A DNA stretch of 64,000 bases from positions 186,001-250,000 of IMG/VR virus record IMGVR_UViG_3300032236_001613; one strand, 5' to 3'. Within the stretch, counting starts at the first letter, position 1; every line of letters begins with the position of its first letter. The notes beneath the pieces are model-generated. The model was not told the DNA's origin. It ran no database searches and worked only from the letters and a program-made list of their open reading frames with translations. The position numbers and the translations under genes are program-made. Below, one piece after another: positions 1 to 9,299 of the stretch.

Positions 1-461
1 ATTTTAATGTTATGTTCTTTAATTAAATCTTCGGCCTTGGTTAAATCTAGATTAAGCGTTTCCAACTCAATATCAAGAAATACTGGCTCGAATCCTAACT
101 GTAGAGTAGGATTTAATGTAGTAGGAAATCCTGCAATAGGCATTAACACCTTTGTTCCTTTAGGTAAATGATGCCCGCGCTTACTAGTAAGGCTCGCCAT
201 CATAAGTAAATTCGAGCTCGATCCACTATTAGTAAGTATTCCGTGTTTCTTTCCAAAAAGACGAGGAAAGTGCCTTTCAAATTTTGTACTTTGATCCCCC
301 ATCACTAGCCATCCGCTTAATAGAGTTTCAACTGCCGCTACATATTCATCAGTTGAAAAATACGGTCCAGCATAGTTAACAAAATCTTTACCGGCTTCCC
401 AAGATTTTTGTTGTTGTTTTTCTTCAATATAGATTTTAATGTCTTCGAGTATCTTTTTCAT
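1..461 (-). CDS. DegT/RfbH-family PLP-dependent sugar dehydratase/aminotransferase (runs off the window start)
   Basis: Manual translation from ATG at 461: MKKILEDIK...YAGPYF...GWLVMG...TNSGSSSNLL...FPTTLNP...PVFLDI, typical of the family. Confidence 0.85.
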   Translation of the reverse strand, partial: MKKILEDIKIYIEEKQQQKSWEAGKDFVNYAGPYFSTDEYVAAVETLLSGWLVMGDQSTKFERHFPRLFGKKHGILTNSGSSSNLLMMASLTSKRGHHLPKGTKVLMPIAGFPTTLNPTLQLGFEPVFLDIELETLNLDLTKAEDLIKEHNIK

Positions 462-1180
462 ATTATAATATAATTCTTGTAATGATTTACTAATTCAATT
501 CTTGTTTTTAAATCAGTTGAAGGCCAATGTATTAACCAATCTCCAAATTGCCAATTTCCGTCAAATCCTAAGCGATCCCTTTGATCAGTATAATGATATA
601 ATTGATAATTAAATGAATTCATGTATCTTTGGGGAACTATTTTAACGATATTTTTATACTCCTCATTAATTTTAAGATCTGTATTTTTTTCAATAAATTG
701 CCATGCAGGATCCGTAGTTCCAGGAATTCCTAACATAGTAGCAATGCATTTTTGCTCTGTATCCCAAAATTTTAAAAAAGCTGGCTCTAGATGAATAATT
801 GTATCTAAAAAATTTAAACTTTCTGGGGAATTTTTAATTAATAAACTATCGGCGTTAACTCCATTAACATCGACTGCTATAATAAAATGGTGATCTTTTG
901 AAATTCTATCTTCAATTTTAATTGAAAAATTAGTGATCATCGAATCTGTCCCTGACCACCAAATCCACTCATACTCAGGATGTTCTCTCAAAATGTCTCT
1001 AGCAAAATGTATCTTTTCGAATCCGGTCATTAAAGAGCCGTTTCTAGATGTGGCAAAATTTGAATCTCTTGCATGTACTGCATATCCATGATATTTTGCA
1101 TACTCTACTTTATTCTGTTCCCACGTCAAATCAGCTAAAGGTTTATATCCAATATCGTGATGAGTAATTAATGCATACAT
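458..1180 (-). CDS. GT34 (GMA12/MNN10)-like glycosyltransferase
   Basis: NKVEYAKYHGY, EWIWWSGTDSMITN, DVNGVNADS, GDWLIHW; ATG at 1180 is a more likely start than 1213. Confidence 0.75.
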   Translation of the reverse strand: MYALITHHDIGYKPLADLTWEQNKVEYAKYHGYAVHARDSNFATSRNGSLMTGFEKIHFARDILREHPEYEWIWWSGTDSMITNFSIKIEDRISKDHHFIIAVDVNGVNADSLLIKNSPESLNFLDTIIHLEPAFLKFWDTEQKCIATMLGIPGTTDPAWQFIEKNTDLKINEEYKNIVKIVPQRYMNSFNYQLYHYTDQRDRLGFDGNWQFGDWLIHWPSTDLKTRIELVNHYKNYIII

Positions 1181-1995
1181 TAGAAATAAAACCCGTTTAT
1201 TCTTGGAAACCAAGTATCTCCGTATCCACCGTGTGGAGTTTTAGTTTGTTCGTAGTTTGAAATAATTTCACACCAATATGTTTTACCTAACCCTATAGCT
1301 ACGCTTAATGCAACACTTTGATTTCCGATAAATTGTTCGCATCCTTGTACATATCGAGCCATTTCTAATAAATCGTTAGTTTTCTGATATTGTATTTTAA
1401 TCTTAAAAAAATCTTCAAACTTAGAATGTTCTTCTTCCGTTCCTAAGAAAACTGCATAATCACCTAGCCCGTTATTAATCCATTCCTCCCATCCAGTTAC
1501 TTGTTGATCTCTTCCGTAAAGATATCTTTCCGTCCTGTTAACCACAATAGGCTTTCCAGATACACGTAATGGAGAAACTGGAGTCAACCAAGGTTCGTAT
1601 AACAATTTCCTTTTGATATCAATATTATGAATGTTTAATCCTTGTGTTAATGCGTAACATTCTGTCTGATTACCTTGCCAGCCTTTAATCAAATGGTATT
1701 TCCAATGGTCGCTAAAATCGTAATCAAACGTTTCACCGTTCCATACAGCGACTTTTTCTATATAATCTTGTGCTTCTAATAAAGGAGCTAATATATTATA
1801 ATCGTGTTGTGTTAATCTTCCAGATGCAGGACCGGCGTTTGGCCAACCTAACACGTTTTTTGCGTAATCGTCAAGAGCGTCAAGTTTCACATACATATTA
1901 CCGCCGCCTAACAGTTTTACTAAACATAAGCTGTAGATAGTATCACCAAAAGTGCCTAACGTATAAAAATTATTTACTTTCATTATTATTCCCAA
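1180..1995 (-). CDS. GT9/heptosyltransferase-like glycosyltransferase
   Basis: N-terminal GTFGDTIYSL and C-terminal LLEMARYVQGCEQFIGNQSVALSVAIGLGK. Confidence 0.6.
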   Translation of the reverse strand: MGIIMKVNNFYTLGTFGDTIYSLCLVKLLGGGNMYVKLDALDDYAKNVLGWPNAGPASGRLTQHDYNILAPLLEAQDYIEKVAVWNGETFDYDFSDHWKYHLIKGWQGNQTECYALTQGLNIHNIDIKRKLLYEPWLTPVSPLRVSGKPIVVNRTERYLYGRDQQVTGWEEWINNGLGDYAVFLGTEEEHSKFEDFFKIKIQYQKTNDLLEMARYVQGCEQFIGNQSVALSVAIGLGKTYWCEIISNYEQTKTPHGGYGDTWFPRINGFYF

Positions 1996-2052
1996 TTGAG
2001 GTTATATTGTAAACTATTTAATTAAGACTTACAAGCGAGAATAATATTTTGA

Positions 2053-2865
2053 TTAAGTTAATATTGTTCTATGAAACGCACTATCATAGTGATAAACACC
2101 AGGACGTCTATACCCTTTCCGAATCTTATCCCATAACCAGTTTAAATCATTTTGAATTTTTTCAAAATCAGGATCTCCAGGAAACGGCCATCTTTCTTTA
2201 TTGCAGATAGTAATACAGTTTGGATTAGTAACTATTCGAAAACCGACCTGACTAATTTTTTGACCTAACCATCCAGGAACGACTCTAGACGACCATTCCA
2301 TATCGTAAGGATCGGTGTGATACATTGACTCATCTAATGGTTCATACAACATCACATGCTTTTTACAAACCCAATACCCGCCGTCGAGACACATATAAGG
2401 AACAAAGCAATCAATGTCTCTGGGAATAGGTGTACACATTGGAATTTCTGGATATCCTGGAATTTGATTAAAACCTAATCTCCACCCATTACCATCAGCA
2501 TATTTGGTTTTTCCAAAAGATTTAGCTCGATTTCTATGTACACAAATATCCCAATCAATACCGAATTTTTCAAATTCAGTGTACCAATTACTATCAAATA
2601 AAACATAATCATGCATTACTACACAAACATCGTAACAGCTAGAAAAAACACCTTGATTCTTTTTTCTAGTTGTCCACGGCTTTTCTGTTATTGATTCATC
2701 AAAAGGAATATGAATGGTATTTTTTCTTTTAATGTTGTTTTTTAATCCGCCAATTAATAATATTTCATATTCTGGAATATTATTTGCTTCGATACTATCA
2801 ATAACTTGCTCAACACCTTCATCATTTGTGCCTGATGTAGTAATAACAAAAGAAATGCCTGTCAT
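2053..2865 (-). CDS. GT-A fold (GT2-like) glycosyltransferase
   Basis: ISFVITT start, KKNQGV, VVMHDYVLFD. Confidence 0.6.
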   Translation of the reverse strand: MTGISFVITTSGTNDEGVEQVIDSIEANNIPEYEILLIGGLKNNIKRKNTIHIPFDESITEKPWTTRKKNQGVFSSCYDVCVVMHDYVLFDSNWYTEFEKFGIDWDICVHRNRAKSFGKTKYADGNGWRLGFNQIPGYPEIPMCTPIPRDIDCFVPYMCLDGGYWVCKKHVMLYEPLDESMYHTDPYDMEWSSRVVPGWLGQKISQVGFRIVTNPNCITICNKERWPFPGDPDFEKIQNDLNWLWDKIRKGYRRPGVYHYDSAFHRTILT

Positions 2866-2903
2866 AATTCACCTTTATAAATAAAACTTCAAGGATATTT
2901 ATA

Positions 2904-4031
2904 ATGTCTAATCACGGTCTAAAATATTTTACTCGAGAAAACTGTTTAATAAACAATAATGAAAAAATCGAAGATATATACTCATTTAAAAAGTTTCCAA
3001 TTTTTATAAATTGTACCAGTGATGAAGATAACTTAAACGATCAATTTTATGATATGAACTGGGGTATCTCTGAATCAGGACATTTACAATTGATAGACTT
3101 GTTAAACCCTACACTAATTTATTCTAACTATCACACTACCGGAGTAGTTGGTAAAATTTGGGATAATCACCATAAAAAAATATTCGATTTTATAAATCAA
3201 GATAATTTTAATAGTGTTTTAGAAATTGGCGGCGCTAGCGGTAAGCTGGTAAAACATTTTTGTAATCTTAATAGAGAATTTAATTGGTCAATTATTGAAC
3301 CTTCGATCAAATTGTCAACCATTGATCATCGAGTGACATGCATATCGGCATTTTTTGAAGATTATTCTTTTAATAAAAAGTTTGATACAATAGTGCATTC
3401 TCATTGCTTAGAACATGTATACAATCCTATTGTTTTTCTTAATAAAGTACACTCTTTACTTAACGACAATGGATACCAATATATTTCTATACCTAATATG
3501 AAATATGGATTAGAAAATAACTTTACTAATACTTTAAGTTTTGAGCATACTTTTTATATTGATGAATTTGTTTTAGAGTACTTACTAAATAAAACAGGGT
3601 TTATAGTTGTAGACAAAATAGTAGAAAACCATTCGATTTTTGTTAAAGCTAAAAAACAGAATAAATTGAATATATTACAAAAGGACTTTTTGTATATTAA
3701 AGAACTATTTTACAAATATATGTCTAATTTAAACAATGATGTTGTTACAATTAATTCAAAAATTAAGGATCAAAACTTTTATTTGTTCGGCGCACATATG
3801 TTTTCTTTATTATTATTAAATCTCGGATTGTACAACAAGAATATTGAATGTATTCTAGATAACGATACACAAAAGCAAAATAAAAGATTATATGGTACAC
3901 CGTATTTTGTAAAATCTATAGATTGTTTGAAAAATAAAGAATCACCTATTGTTGTTTTAAGAGCTGGAATTTATACTGATGAAATTAAAGAATCGATAGC
4001 AAAAGTCAATTCAACAACAATTTTTATATAA
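2904..4031 (+). CDS. Class I SAM-dependent (sugar C-methyltransferase-like) methyltransferase
   Basis: VLEIGGASG, FDTIVHSHCLEHV, FEH, C-terminal LFGA/ILDND domain. Confidence 0.8.
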   Translation: MSNHGLKYFTRENCLINNNEKIEDIYSFKKFPIFINCTSDEDNLNDQFYDMNWGISESGHLQLIDLLNPTLIYSNYHTTGVVGKIWDNHHKKIFDFINQDNFNSVLEIGGASGKLVKHFCNLNREFNWSIIEPSIKLSTIDHRVTCISAFFEDYSFNKKFDTIVHSHCLEHVYNPIVFLNKVHSLLNDNGYQYISIPNMKYGLENNFTNTLSFEHTFYIDEFVLEYLLNKTGFIVVDKIVENHSIFVKAKKQNKLNILQKDFLYIKELFYKYMSNLNNDVVTINSKIKDQNFYLFGAHMFSLLLLNLGLYNKNIECILDNDTQKQNKRLYGTPYFVKSIDCLKNKESPIVVLRAGIYTDEIKESIAKVNSTTIFI

Positions 4032-4040
4032 GGAAATACA

Positions 4041-5087
4041 ATGATTATTTGGGTAAATTGTAAAATAACAGACGTTCCATTAAATTCTTCCCCGTTGCGA
4101 TTTAATCTTAGAAAAGAAAGTAGATTTGATATAGCTCGGTATACTTTTGCTAGTTACGCAGCATTAGATTCATTAACAAGTAAAATCATTTTTAATTTAG
4201 AACTTGGAAACGAATTTTTAAATCGCAAAGAAGAAATGGAAAATTGGATAAAAAGTTTGTTTCCGCCGGAAAAATTGTCTATTTCGTGGTACAGATGCAA
4301 TAATCTAACACAATGGAAAGAAGTGCAAACAGTAATTAACAATATAAACGACGATCTTTTATATCTTGCAGGAAATGACGATCATGTTTTTTTTGATAAT
4401 AGTTTAGATTTATATAAAAAAGGATTAAACATATTAGATAACGATCCTGACGAAGATACCGCTCTAGTAAATTGTCATTATCCTGAAAGTTTAAGAGAAG
4501 CATTAAATCATCCTGAGCATCAGCTAACCGATTGTAAAAATTTTGTAAGTATAATACATCGACATTCGATTGGAATCGTTGTTATTAAAAAAGCACTATA
4601 TAATAGATTTTTATCTAAGGTAACAGACCCTGATAAAATAATGTTTCGTATGGATGATTGGCAAATAGACGGATACACAAAAATTTTTATCCCAACAAAA
4701 GAAATAAGCAAACACTTCGATGGGTACTCCCATGTAAATATCGATCCAAATGTTTGCCCTCCATTAGAAATCCCGCCTGGGTTTTTTGAAAAGAATGTAA
4801 CTATTAGATACGGGTTTGACGACTACGATCCGGAATGTGTAAATATTAATCCATTATCAACTAATTTACATGCTATCGATCCTAACGGAGCTGATTATAA
4901 ATTTTGTTTAAACGATATCCCTATTTTTTGGAGACCATTTATTAAACGTATAGTAATAGCTACTGAGTTAGATTCTCAAAAAATGTTCAAAGCTCGTAAT
5001 CAGCATTATATTGATTTAAGTTCGCCTGTGTTTTTTGGAAAAAAAATAGAGATTCCTCAGGTATGGATTGAAAATCATTTAGTGTAA
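4041..5087 (+). CDS. Hypothetical, possibly GT-A-like protein
   Basis: YLAGNDDHVF motif and glycan-cluster context. Confidence 0.4.
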   Translation: MIIWVNCKITDVPLNSSPLRFNLRKESRFDIARYTFASYAALDSLTSKIIFNLELGNEFLNRKEEMENWIKSLFPPEKLSISWYRCNNLTQWKEVQTVINNINDDLLYLAGNDDHVFFDNSLDLYKKGLNILDNDPDEDTALVNCHYPESLREALNHPEHQLTDCKNFVSIIHRHSIGIVVIKKALYNRFLSKVTDPDKIMFRMDDWQIDGYTKIFIPTKEISKHFDGYSHVNIDPNVCPPLEIPPGFFEKNVTIRYGFDDYDPECVNINPLSTNLHAIDPNGADYKFCLNDIPIFWRPFIKRIVIATELDSQKMFKARNQHYIDLSSPVFFGKKIEIPQVWIENHLV

Positions 5088-5133
5088 AATAAAAAAATCC
5101 AACAAATAAATAAAAGCCAAGAAGGTTTACACA

Positions 5134-6225
5134 ATGAATATAGTAATTCCTATGGTAGGTGCAGGGTCTCGATTTGCTAAAGAAGGTTTTCTCGAACCAA
5201 AACCTTTGATTGATGTCTTAGGTAAAACATTAATCGAGCATAGTATTGATAGCTTTAATGTTGCAGGTAAATTTATTTTTATTACTAGAGATTTTCATAA
5301 TCCCGAACATAATAAAAATTTATCTGAAATCTTAAAAAAGAAAAGACCTGAATCAAAAGAAATACGCTTAAAAAGATTAACAAGCGGAGCAGCCGAATCG
5401 GTATTAGCTGCAAAAGAATTGATTAATAACGATGAACCATTAATCATTTATAATTGCGATCAGCTTATTAATTGGAATCCAGAAGATTTTTTAAAGTTTA
5501 TCGTCAAGAAAAAACCCGATACGGCATTAGTTTTATATGACAGTACTGATCCAAAAAATAGTTTTGTCGAAATTATCCAAGGTAAAATTGTTAAATTTGT
5601 AGAAAAAGTGGTTATTTCAAATCATGCTTCTATAGGGTTTCATTATTGGGCACATGGTAGTGATTTTGTAAAAAGTGCAGAACAATTAATTGATAATTTT
5701 AGAGAAGAAGGCAAAAAAGAATGTTACATCAGCGGAACATTTGATTATTTAAAAGATAAAGTTATACTTCCTTATCATGTTCCGAATAGTGAATTCATTC
5801 CATTAGGAACTCCTGAGGATGTTGCAAAATATGTAGGTAAAGTTAAAGAGTTTACAAATGATAAACCTAAAAGCATCTTTATCGACATTGATGGTACAAT
5901 ATTAAAGCATATGCATACTATTTCTGACGTATATAAAGAAGAAGCTGTAGTATTGCCAGGAGTAATAGAAAAGTTAAATGAATGGGATAGTCAGGGATAT
6001 AAAATAATTCTCACAACTGCAAGAAAAGAGAGCACTAGAGAACACACTGAAGCACAACTTAGAAAATTCGGAATAGCATGGGATTATTTAATAATGGGCG
6101 TTGGAGGAAGAAGATATTTAATTAATGACAAATTGTCAGCAACTGATGCAGATCGTGCAGTTTCGATTAATGTTGTCACTAATGATGGGTTTAAAACTAC
6201 TAACTGGAAAAAACACGATCTATGA
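5134..6225 (+). CDS. Sugar nucleotidyltransferase fused to a C-terminal HAD phosphatase
   Basis: IVIPMVGAGSRF...PKPLI at the N-terminus; FIDIDGT, LTTAR, INDK at the C-terminus. Confidence 0.85.
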   Translation: MNIVIPMVGAGSRFAKEGFLEPKPLIDVLGKTLIEHSIDSFNVAGKFIFITRDFHNPEHNKNLSEILKKKRPESKEIRLKRLTSGAAESVLAAKELINNDEPLIIYNCDQLINWNPEDFLKFIVKKKPDTALVLYDSTDPKNSFVEIIQGKIVKFVEKVVISNHASIGFHYWAHGSDFVKSAEQLIDNFREEGKKECYISGTFDYLKDKVILPYHVPNSEFIPLGTPEDVAKYVGKVKEFTNDKPKSIFIDIDGTILKHMHTISDVYKEEAVVLPGVIEKLNEWDSQGYKIILTTARKESTREHTEAQLRKFGIAWDYLIMGVGGRRYLINDKLSATDADRAVSINVVTNDGFKTTNWKKHDL

Positions 6226-6545
6226 AAATAGTAAAATTAAAAGATATGAAAGACGGATGGTTTGTCGGCGGATTTCAACCTACAGCGTATTATACTAAGG
6301 ATGTCGAAGTAAATTATAGAATTCATCCTAAAGGGCAACTTTGGGATGTGCATTATCATAGCACTGTTACTGAAATTACTTTACTAATAAAAGGTAAAAT
6401 GATTATTCAAGGTAAAGAATTAACAGGCGGCGATATTTTTATTATCGAACCTTGGGAAATTACCGACCCAGTTTTTCTAGAAGACTGCGAAACTATTTGT
6501 GTTAAATTACCTAGTATAAATGATAAAAAAGTAGTTAAAAGTTAG
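6222..6545 (+). CDS. Cupin-domain protein
   Basis: GWFVGGF, HYH...E, GDIFIIEPWE; overlaps the upstream stop. Confidence 0.75.
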   Translation: MKIVKLKDMKDGWFVGGFQPTAYYTKDVEVNYRIHPKGQLWDVHYHSTVTEITLLIKGKMIIQGKELTGGDIFIIEPWEITDPVFLEDCETICVKLPSINDKKVVKS

Positions 6546-6550
6546 TAAAC

Positions 6551-7678
6551 ATGGATACCGTACAGAGAAACAATGATATTGTTTATAATAATAATGATTT
6601 AGAGCTCTTATATACATTTAAAAAATTCCCGGTATTTATGGGATGTACAGAACAAGAAATTAAAGACGATGTTTACTATGATTTAAATTTTTTTATCAGC
6701 CGTAAAAGCGGAATGATACAAATAAATCCAGTTGCACCGTTAGAACTAGTGTATCAGACAGAGCATCAATCCGGAGCAGTCGGAGCTGGTTGGTTTAAAC
6801 ATCATAACACATTTGCTAAATTTATAAAAGATTATAATCCTTGCAATGTATTTGAAATTGGCGGCGGACATGGATATTTAAGTAATGAATACTATACGTT
6901 AGATAGCAAAATAAATTGGACTATGATAGAACCTAATCCTTCTATTGTTGAATCTAATGCTACTGTTATTAAAGGATTTTTTAAAACTGTAGATCAGATA
7001 CCCAATCCAGTTGATGCAGTAGTTCATAGTCATTTCTTCGAGCATTTACATTATCCTGCTCAATTTGTTCAAATCTTGTCTTGTTTAAAGAACGGTATAA
7101 AAGTATTTTTTAGTATTCCTGATCTTAAAAAACAACTGGAACAAAAATATACTAATGTATTAAACTTCGAACATACATTTTATTGTACCGACGACTACGT
7201 CGAATGGATTTGGAATCACTATGGATTTAAACTATTAAAAAAGATTTATTTTGAAAACGGACATAGCATTTTTTATGCATTTGAAAAACAAGATACTACA
7301 AACACAGCCGAATATATTAATTCATATGAAACAAATAAAACTATATACTTAAACTATATTGATTATTACAAGAATTTGGTTAAAGATTTAAACAAGAGAA
7401 TTGAAGAAGAAACTAGCCCTGTTTTTATTTTCGGAGCCCATGCATCAACACAGTATCTACTTGCTTATGGCCTAAATGCTGATAAAATTAATGGAATTAT
7501 TGATAATAGTTCTCTTAAAGAAGGTAAACGTTTGTACGGAACTAAGTTTATAAGTCAAAAAACAAGTATATTAAAGGAAATTGAAAACCCTGTAGTAATA
7601 GTACGTGTAGGTATACAAAACGACGAAATTAAAAAAGATATATTAAAAAATATTAATTCAAATGTTACTTTTATTTAA
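6551..7678 (+). CDS. Class I SAM-dependent methyltransferase, paralog of 2904..4031
   Basis: VFEIGGGHG, VVHSHFFEH, FEH, IFGA, IIDNS, KRLYGT. Confidence 0.8.
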   Translation: MDTVQRNNDIVYNNNDLELLYTFKKFPVFMGCTEQEIKDDVYYDLNFFISRKSGMIQINPVAPLELVYQTEHQSGAVGAGWFKHHNTFAKFIKDYNPCNVFEIGGGHGYLSNEYYTLDSKINWTMIEPNPSIVESNATVIKGFFKTVDQIPNPVDAVVHSHFFEHLHYPAQFVQILSCLKNGIKVFFSIPDLKKQLEQKYTNVLNFEHTFYCTDDYVEWIWNHYGFKLLKKIYFENGHSIFYAFEKQDTTNTAEYINSYETNKTIYLNYIDYYKNLVKDLNKRIEEETSPVFIFGAHASTQYLLAYGLNADKINGIIDNSSLKEGKRLYGTKFISQKTSILKEIENPVVIVRVGIQNDEIKKDILKNINSNVTFI

Positions 7679-7681
7679 AGG

Positions 7682-7710
7682 TTGACAGCAGAGATAAATA
7701 AACGTATATT
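7682..7710 (+). promoter_or_regulatory. Sigma70-type promoter heading the tRNA array
   Basis: TTGACA-N17-TATATT. Confidence 0.8.
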
Positions 7711-7757
7711 AAATGACTACGATGCAATGCGTAGACGTTAATAAACAAGGAATAAAG

Positions 7758-7898
7758 ATGATTGCAACGACATTTACTACTCATAATAGTAAGACCTTTA
7801 AAGCAGGTTCTATACCCGCTTGGTCGTCAATTATGAATTATTCATATGATCGCGGTCAAGAAGGGAGTCCAAGGTCCGGAAGTGAGATGTTAGAGTAA
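7758..7898 (+). CDS. Putative attenuator leader peptide (46 aa; an in-frame ATG at 7722 is also possible)
   Basis: AAGGA SD before ATG 7758; stop codon lies in the antiterminator loop; 33 distinct codons in 46. Confidence 0.6.
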   Translation: MIATTFTTHNSKTFKAGSIPAWSSIMNYSYDRGQEGSPRSGSEMLE

Positions 7899-7935
7899 CA
7901 ACAAAACATCTAAAAACACTTAAAGGACCCTAGGA
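7868..7935 (+). promoter_or_regulatory. Antiterminator hairpin overlapping the terminator 5' arm
   Basis: GGTCC 7873-77/GGACC 7925-29, AAGTG 7880-84/CACTT 7917-21, AGATGTT 7885-91/AACATCT 7905-11. Confidence 0.65.
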
Positions 7936-7962
7936 TTAAGAACCCTGGGGTTTTTTGTTTTT
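7926..7962 (+). terminator. Intrinsic terminator (attenuator)
   Basis: GACCCTAGG/CCTGGGGTT stem followed by TTTTGTTTTT. Confidence 0.8.
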
Positions 7963-7963
7963 A

Positions 7964-8072
7964 GCAGTGTGAAAATAAGGTAACGAGGACCTTGCAGCGC
8001 ACTATAAACATGCTGTAAACGGGCGGAACCGGGGATCAAACCTGTGGCGAAAACGCAGGGAGTAAAATCCGG
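7964..8072 (+). ncRNA. Unidentified structured RNA
   Basis: Stems AAGGT/ACCTT, GCAGCG/TGCTGT, CCTGTG/CGCAGG, CCGG/CCGG; possible AGTGT/GCACT pseudoknot. Confidence 0.5.
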
Positions 8073-8122
8073 AATTTATATACTAAAGCATACCCAGTGC
8101 AGTGTTCTTTAGTATATAAATT
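8073..8122 (+). promoter_or_regulatory. Long hairpin, candidate RNase III processing site before the first tRNA
   Basis: Perfect 16-bp inverted repeat AATTTATATACTAAAG/CTTTAGTATATAAATT. Confidence 0.5.
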
Positions 8123-8126
8123 AATT

Positions 8127-8211
8127 GGGTAAGCGCCGGAGTGAGAGAGCCGGATTTGACTGTAAATCAAACGTCCCGACTGAGTAGGTGCGAATCCTAC
8201 CTTACCCACCA
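8127..8211 (+). tRNA. tRNA-Tyr(GTA)
   Basis: TTTGA-CTGTAAA-TCAAA, long variable arm, T-loop TGCGAAT, CCA. Confidence 0.9.
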
Positions 8212-8217
8212 AATAAT

Positions 8218-8321
8218 GCGGCAGTAAGTGCGTAATGGGCTAATGGTGGCCAATCCTGTCTACATGGATCAAATGTAACGGTTGCACCTTGATGTAGGTT
8301 CGAATCCTATCTGCTGCACCA
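8218..8321 (+). ncRNA. Atypical 104-nt tRNA-like gene, possible CTA anticodon
   Basis: Acceptor GCGGCAG/CTGCTGC-A-CCA and canonical T arm; irregular D and anticodon region. Confidence 0.6.
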
Positions 8322-8407
8322 CATTGCAACGGTTCTACCATCGTTAATCGGTAGCGCATACTTGGATGCGAGAAAAGACCTTTTACGTCGACCAAGACTA
8401 ATTTTAT

Positions 8408-8485
8408 GCTCCCATAGTTTAGAAGGGCCCAGAACATCCGATTCTCAGTCGGAAAACGCAGGTTCGAATCCTGCCGGGAGCGCCA
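8408..8485 (+). tRNA. tRNA-Glu(CTC)
   Basis: TCCGA-TTCTCAG-TCGGA, CCA. Confidence 0.9.
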
Positions 8486-8529
8486 TTTTACTTAATAAAT
8501 ATTACAAATTTTAAAATAAAGGGTTACTA

Positions 8530-9135
8530 ATGAATATCTCAGATTACAAACAATTTATAAAAGATACAGGCACTTTAATACAAATTGGTGCTTTTGATGG
8601 TGTTGCTTGCGAAGACTCAGGGTTTAGAGAATTAGTACTTTATAAAAATTATAATGCTCATTTGGTTGAACCAGTTATAGATTTTTTTCAGGCGTTACAA
8701 AAAAACTATAGTAATGCTACGAGTAATGTTCGATTTTATAATCAAGCAATTTATACAGAAAATGGAGAATTACCTTTTTTTAAAAATTACACTGACCCAT
8801 TACAATGTACTTTTATAAGAGAAAATGTAGCTGAATATCATGGGCAAACAATACTAGTACAGTCACGAACTTTTGATACTTTTTTACAAGAAAATAACAT
8901 TAATGAAATCGAAGGATTATTTATTGATGCAGAAGGTGCCGAAGATACTATACTCCAACAGCTTTTTGAAAAAACGAATATCAGACCTAATATAATTCGT
9001 TATGAATGGCCACATTTGCCTGACCCTGTAAACACAATCAGATACATTATGTCTTATGGCTATACTGTTTCTCCCTGCATCTATTCAGGCGGTCGTGTTG
9101 ATAACATTTGTATTAAAAACGACCTTTTAGTTTAA
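8530..9135 (+). CDS. FkbM-family methyltransferase
   Basis: IQIGAFDG, LVEP, LFIDAEGAE, IRYE. Confidence 0.8.
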   Translation: MNISDYKQFIKDTGTLIQIGAFDGVACEDSGFRELVLYKNYNAHLVEPVIDFFQALQKNYSNATSNVRFYNQAIYTENGELPFFKNYTDPLQCTFIRENVAEYHGQTILVQSRTFDTFLQENNINEIEGLFIDAEGAEDTILQQLFEKTNIRPNIIRYEWPHLPDPVNTIRYIMSYGYTVSPCIYSGGRVDNICIKNDLLV

Positions 9136-9139
9136 TCTC

Positions 9140-9214
9140 GGTTCCATAGTATATCGGTTAATACATCGGCTTGTCACGTCGAAGTGAGGGGTTCGATTCC
9201 CCTTGGAACCGCCA
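9140..9214 (+). tRNA. tRNA-Asp(GTC)
   Basis: TCGGC-TTGTCAC-GTCGA, G73, CCA. Confidence 0.92.
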
Positions 9215-9219
9215 AATAT

Positions 9220-9295
9220 GCCATCTTAGCTCAGTTGGTAGAGCAGCAGACTGAAAATCTGCGTGTCCCCGGTTCAATTCCGGGAGATGGTACCA
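9220..9295 (+). tRNA. tRNA-Phe(GAA)
   Basis: GCAGA-CTGAAAA-TCTGC, CCA. Confidence 0.95.
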
Positions 9296-9299
9296 GTTA

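Noticed and set aside
7713-7757. ATG 7713 as the start of the leader ORF
   Set aside because: It lies only 2 nt after the -10 box, upstream of the expected transcription start; 7758 (with SD) or 7722 fit better.
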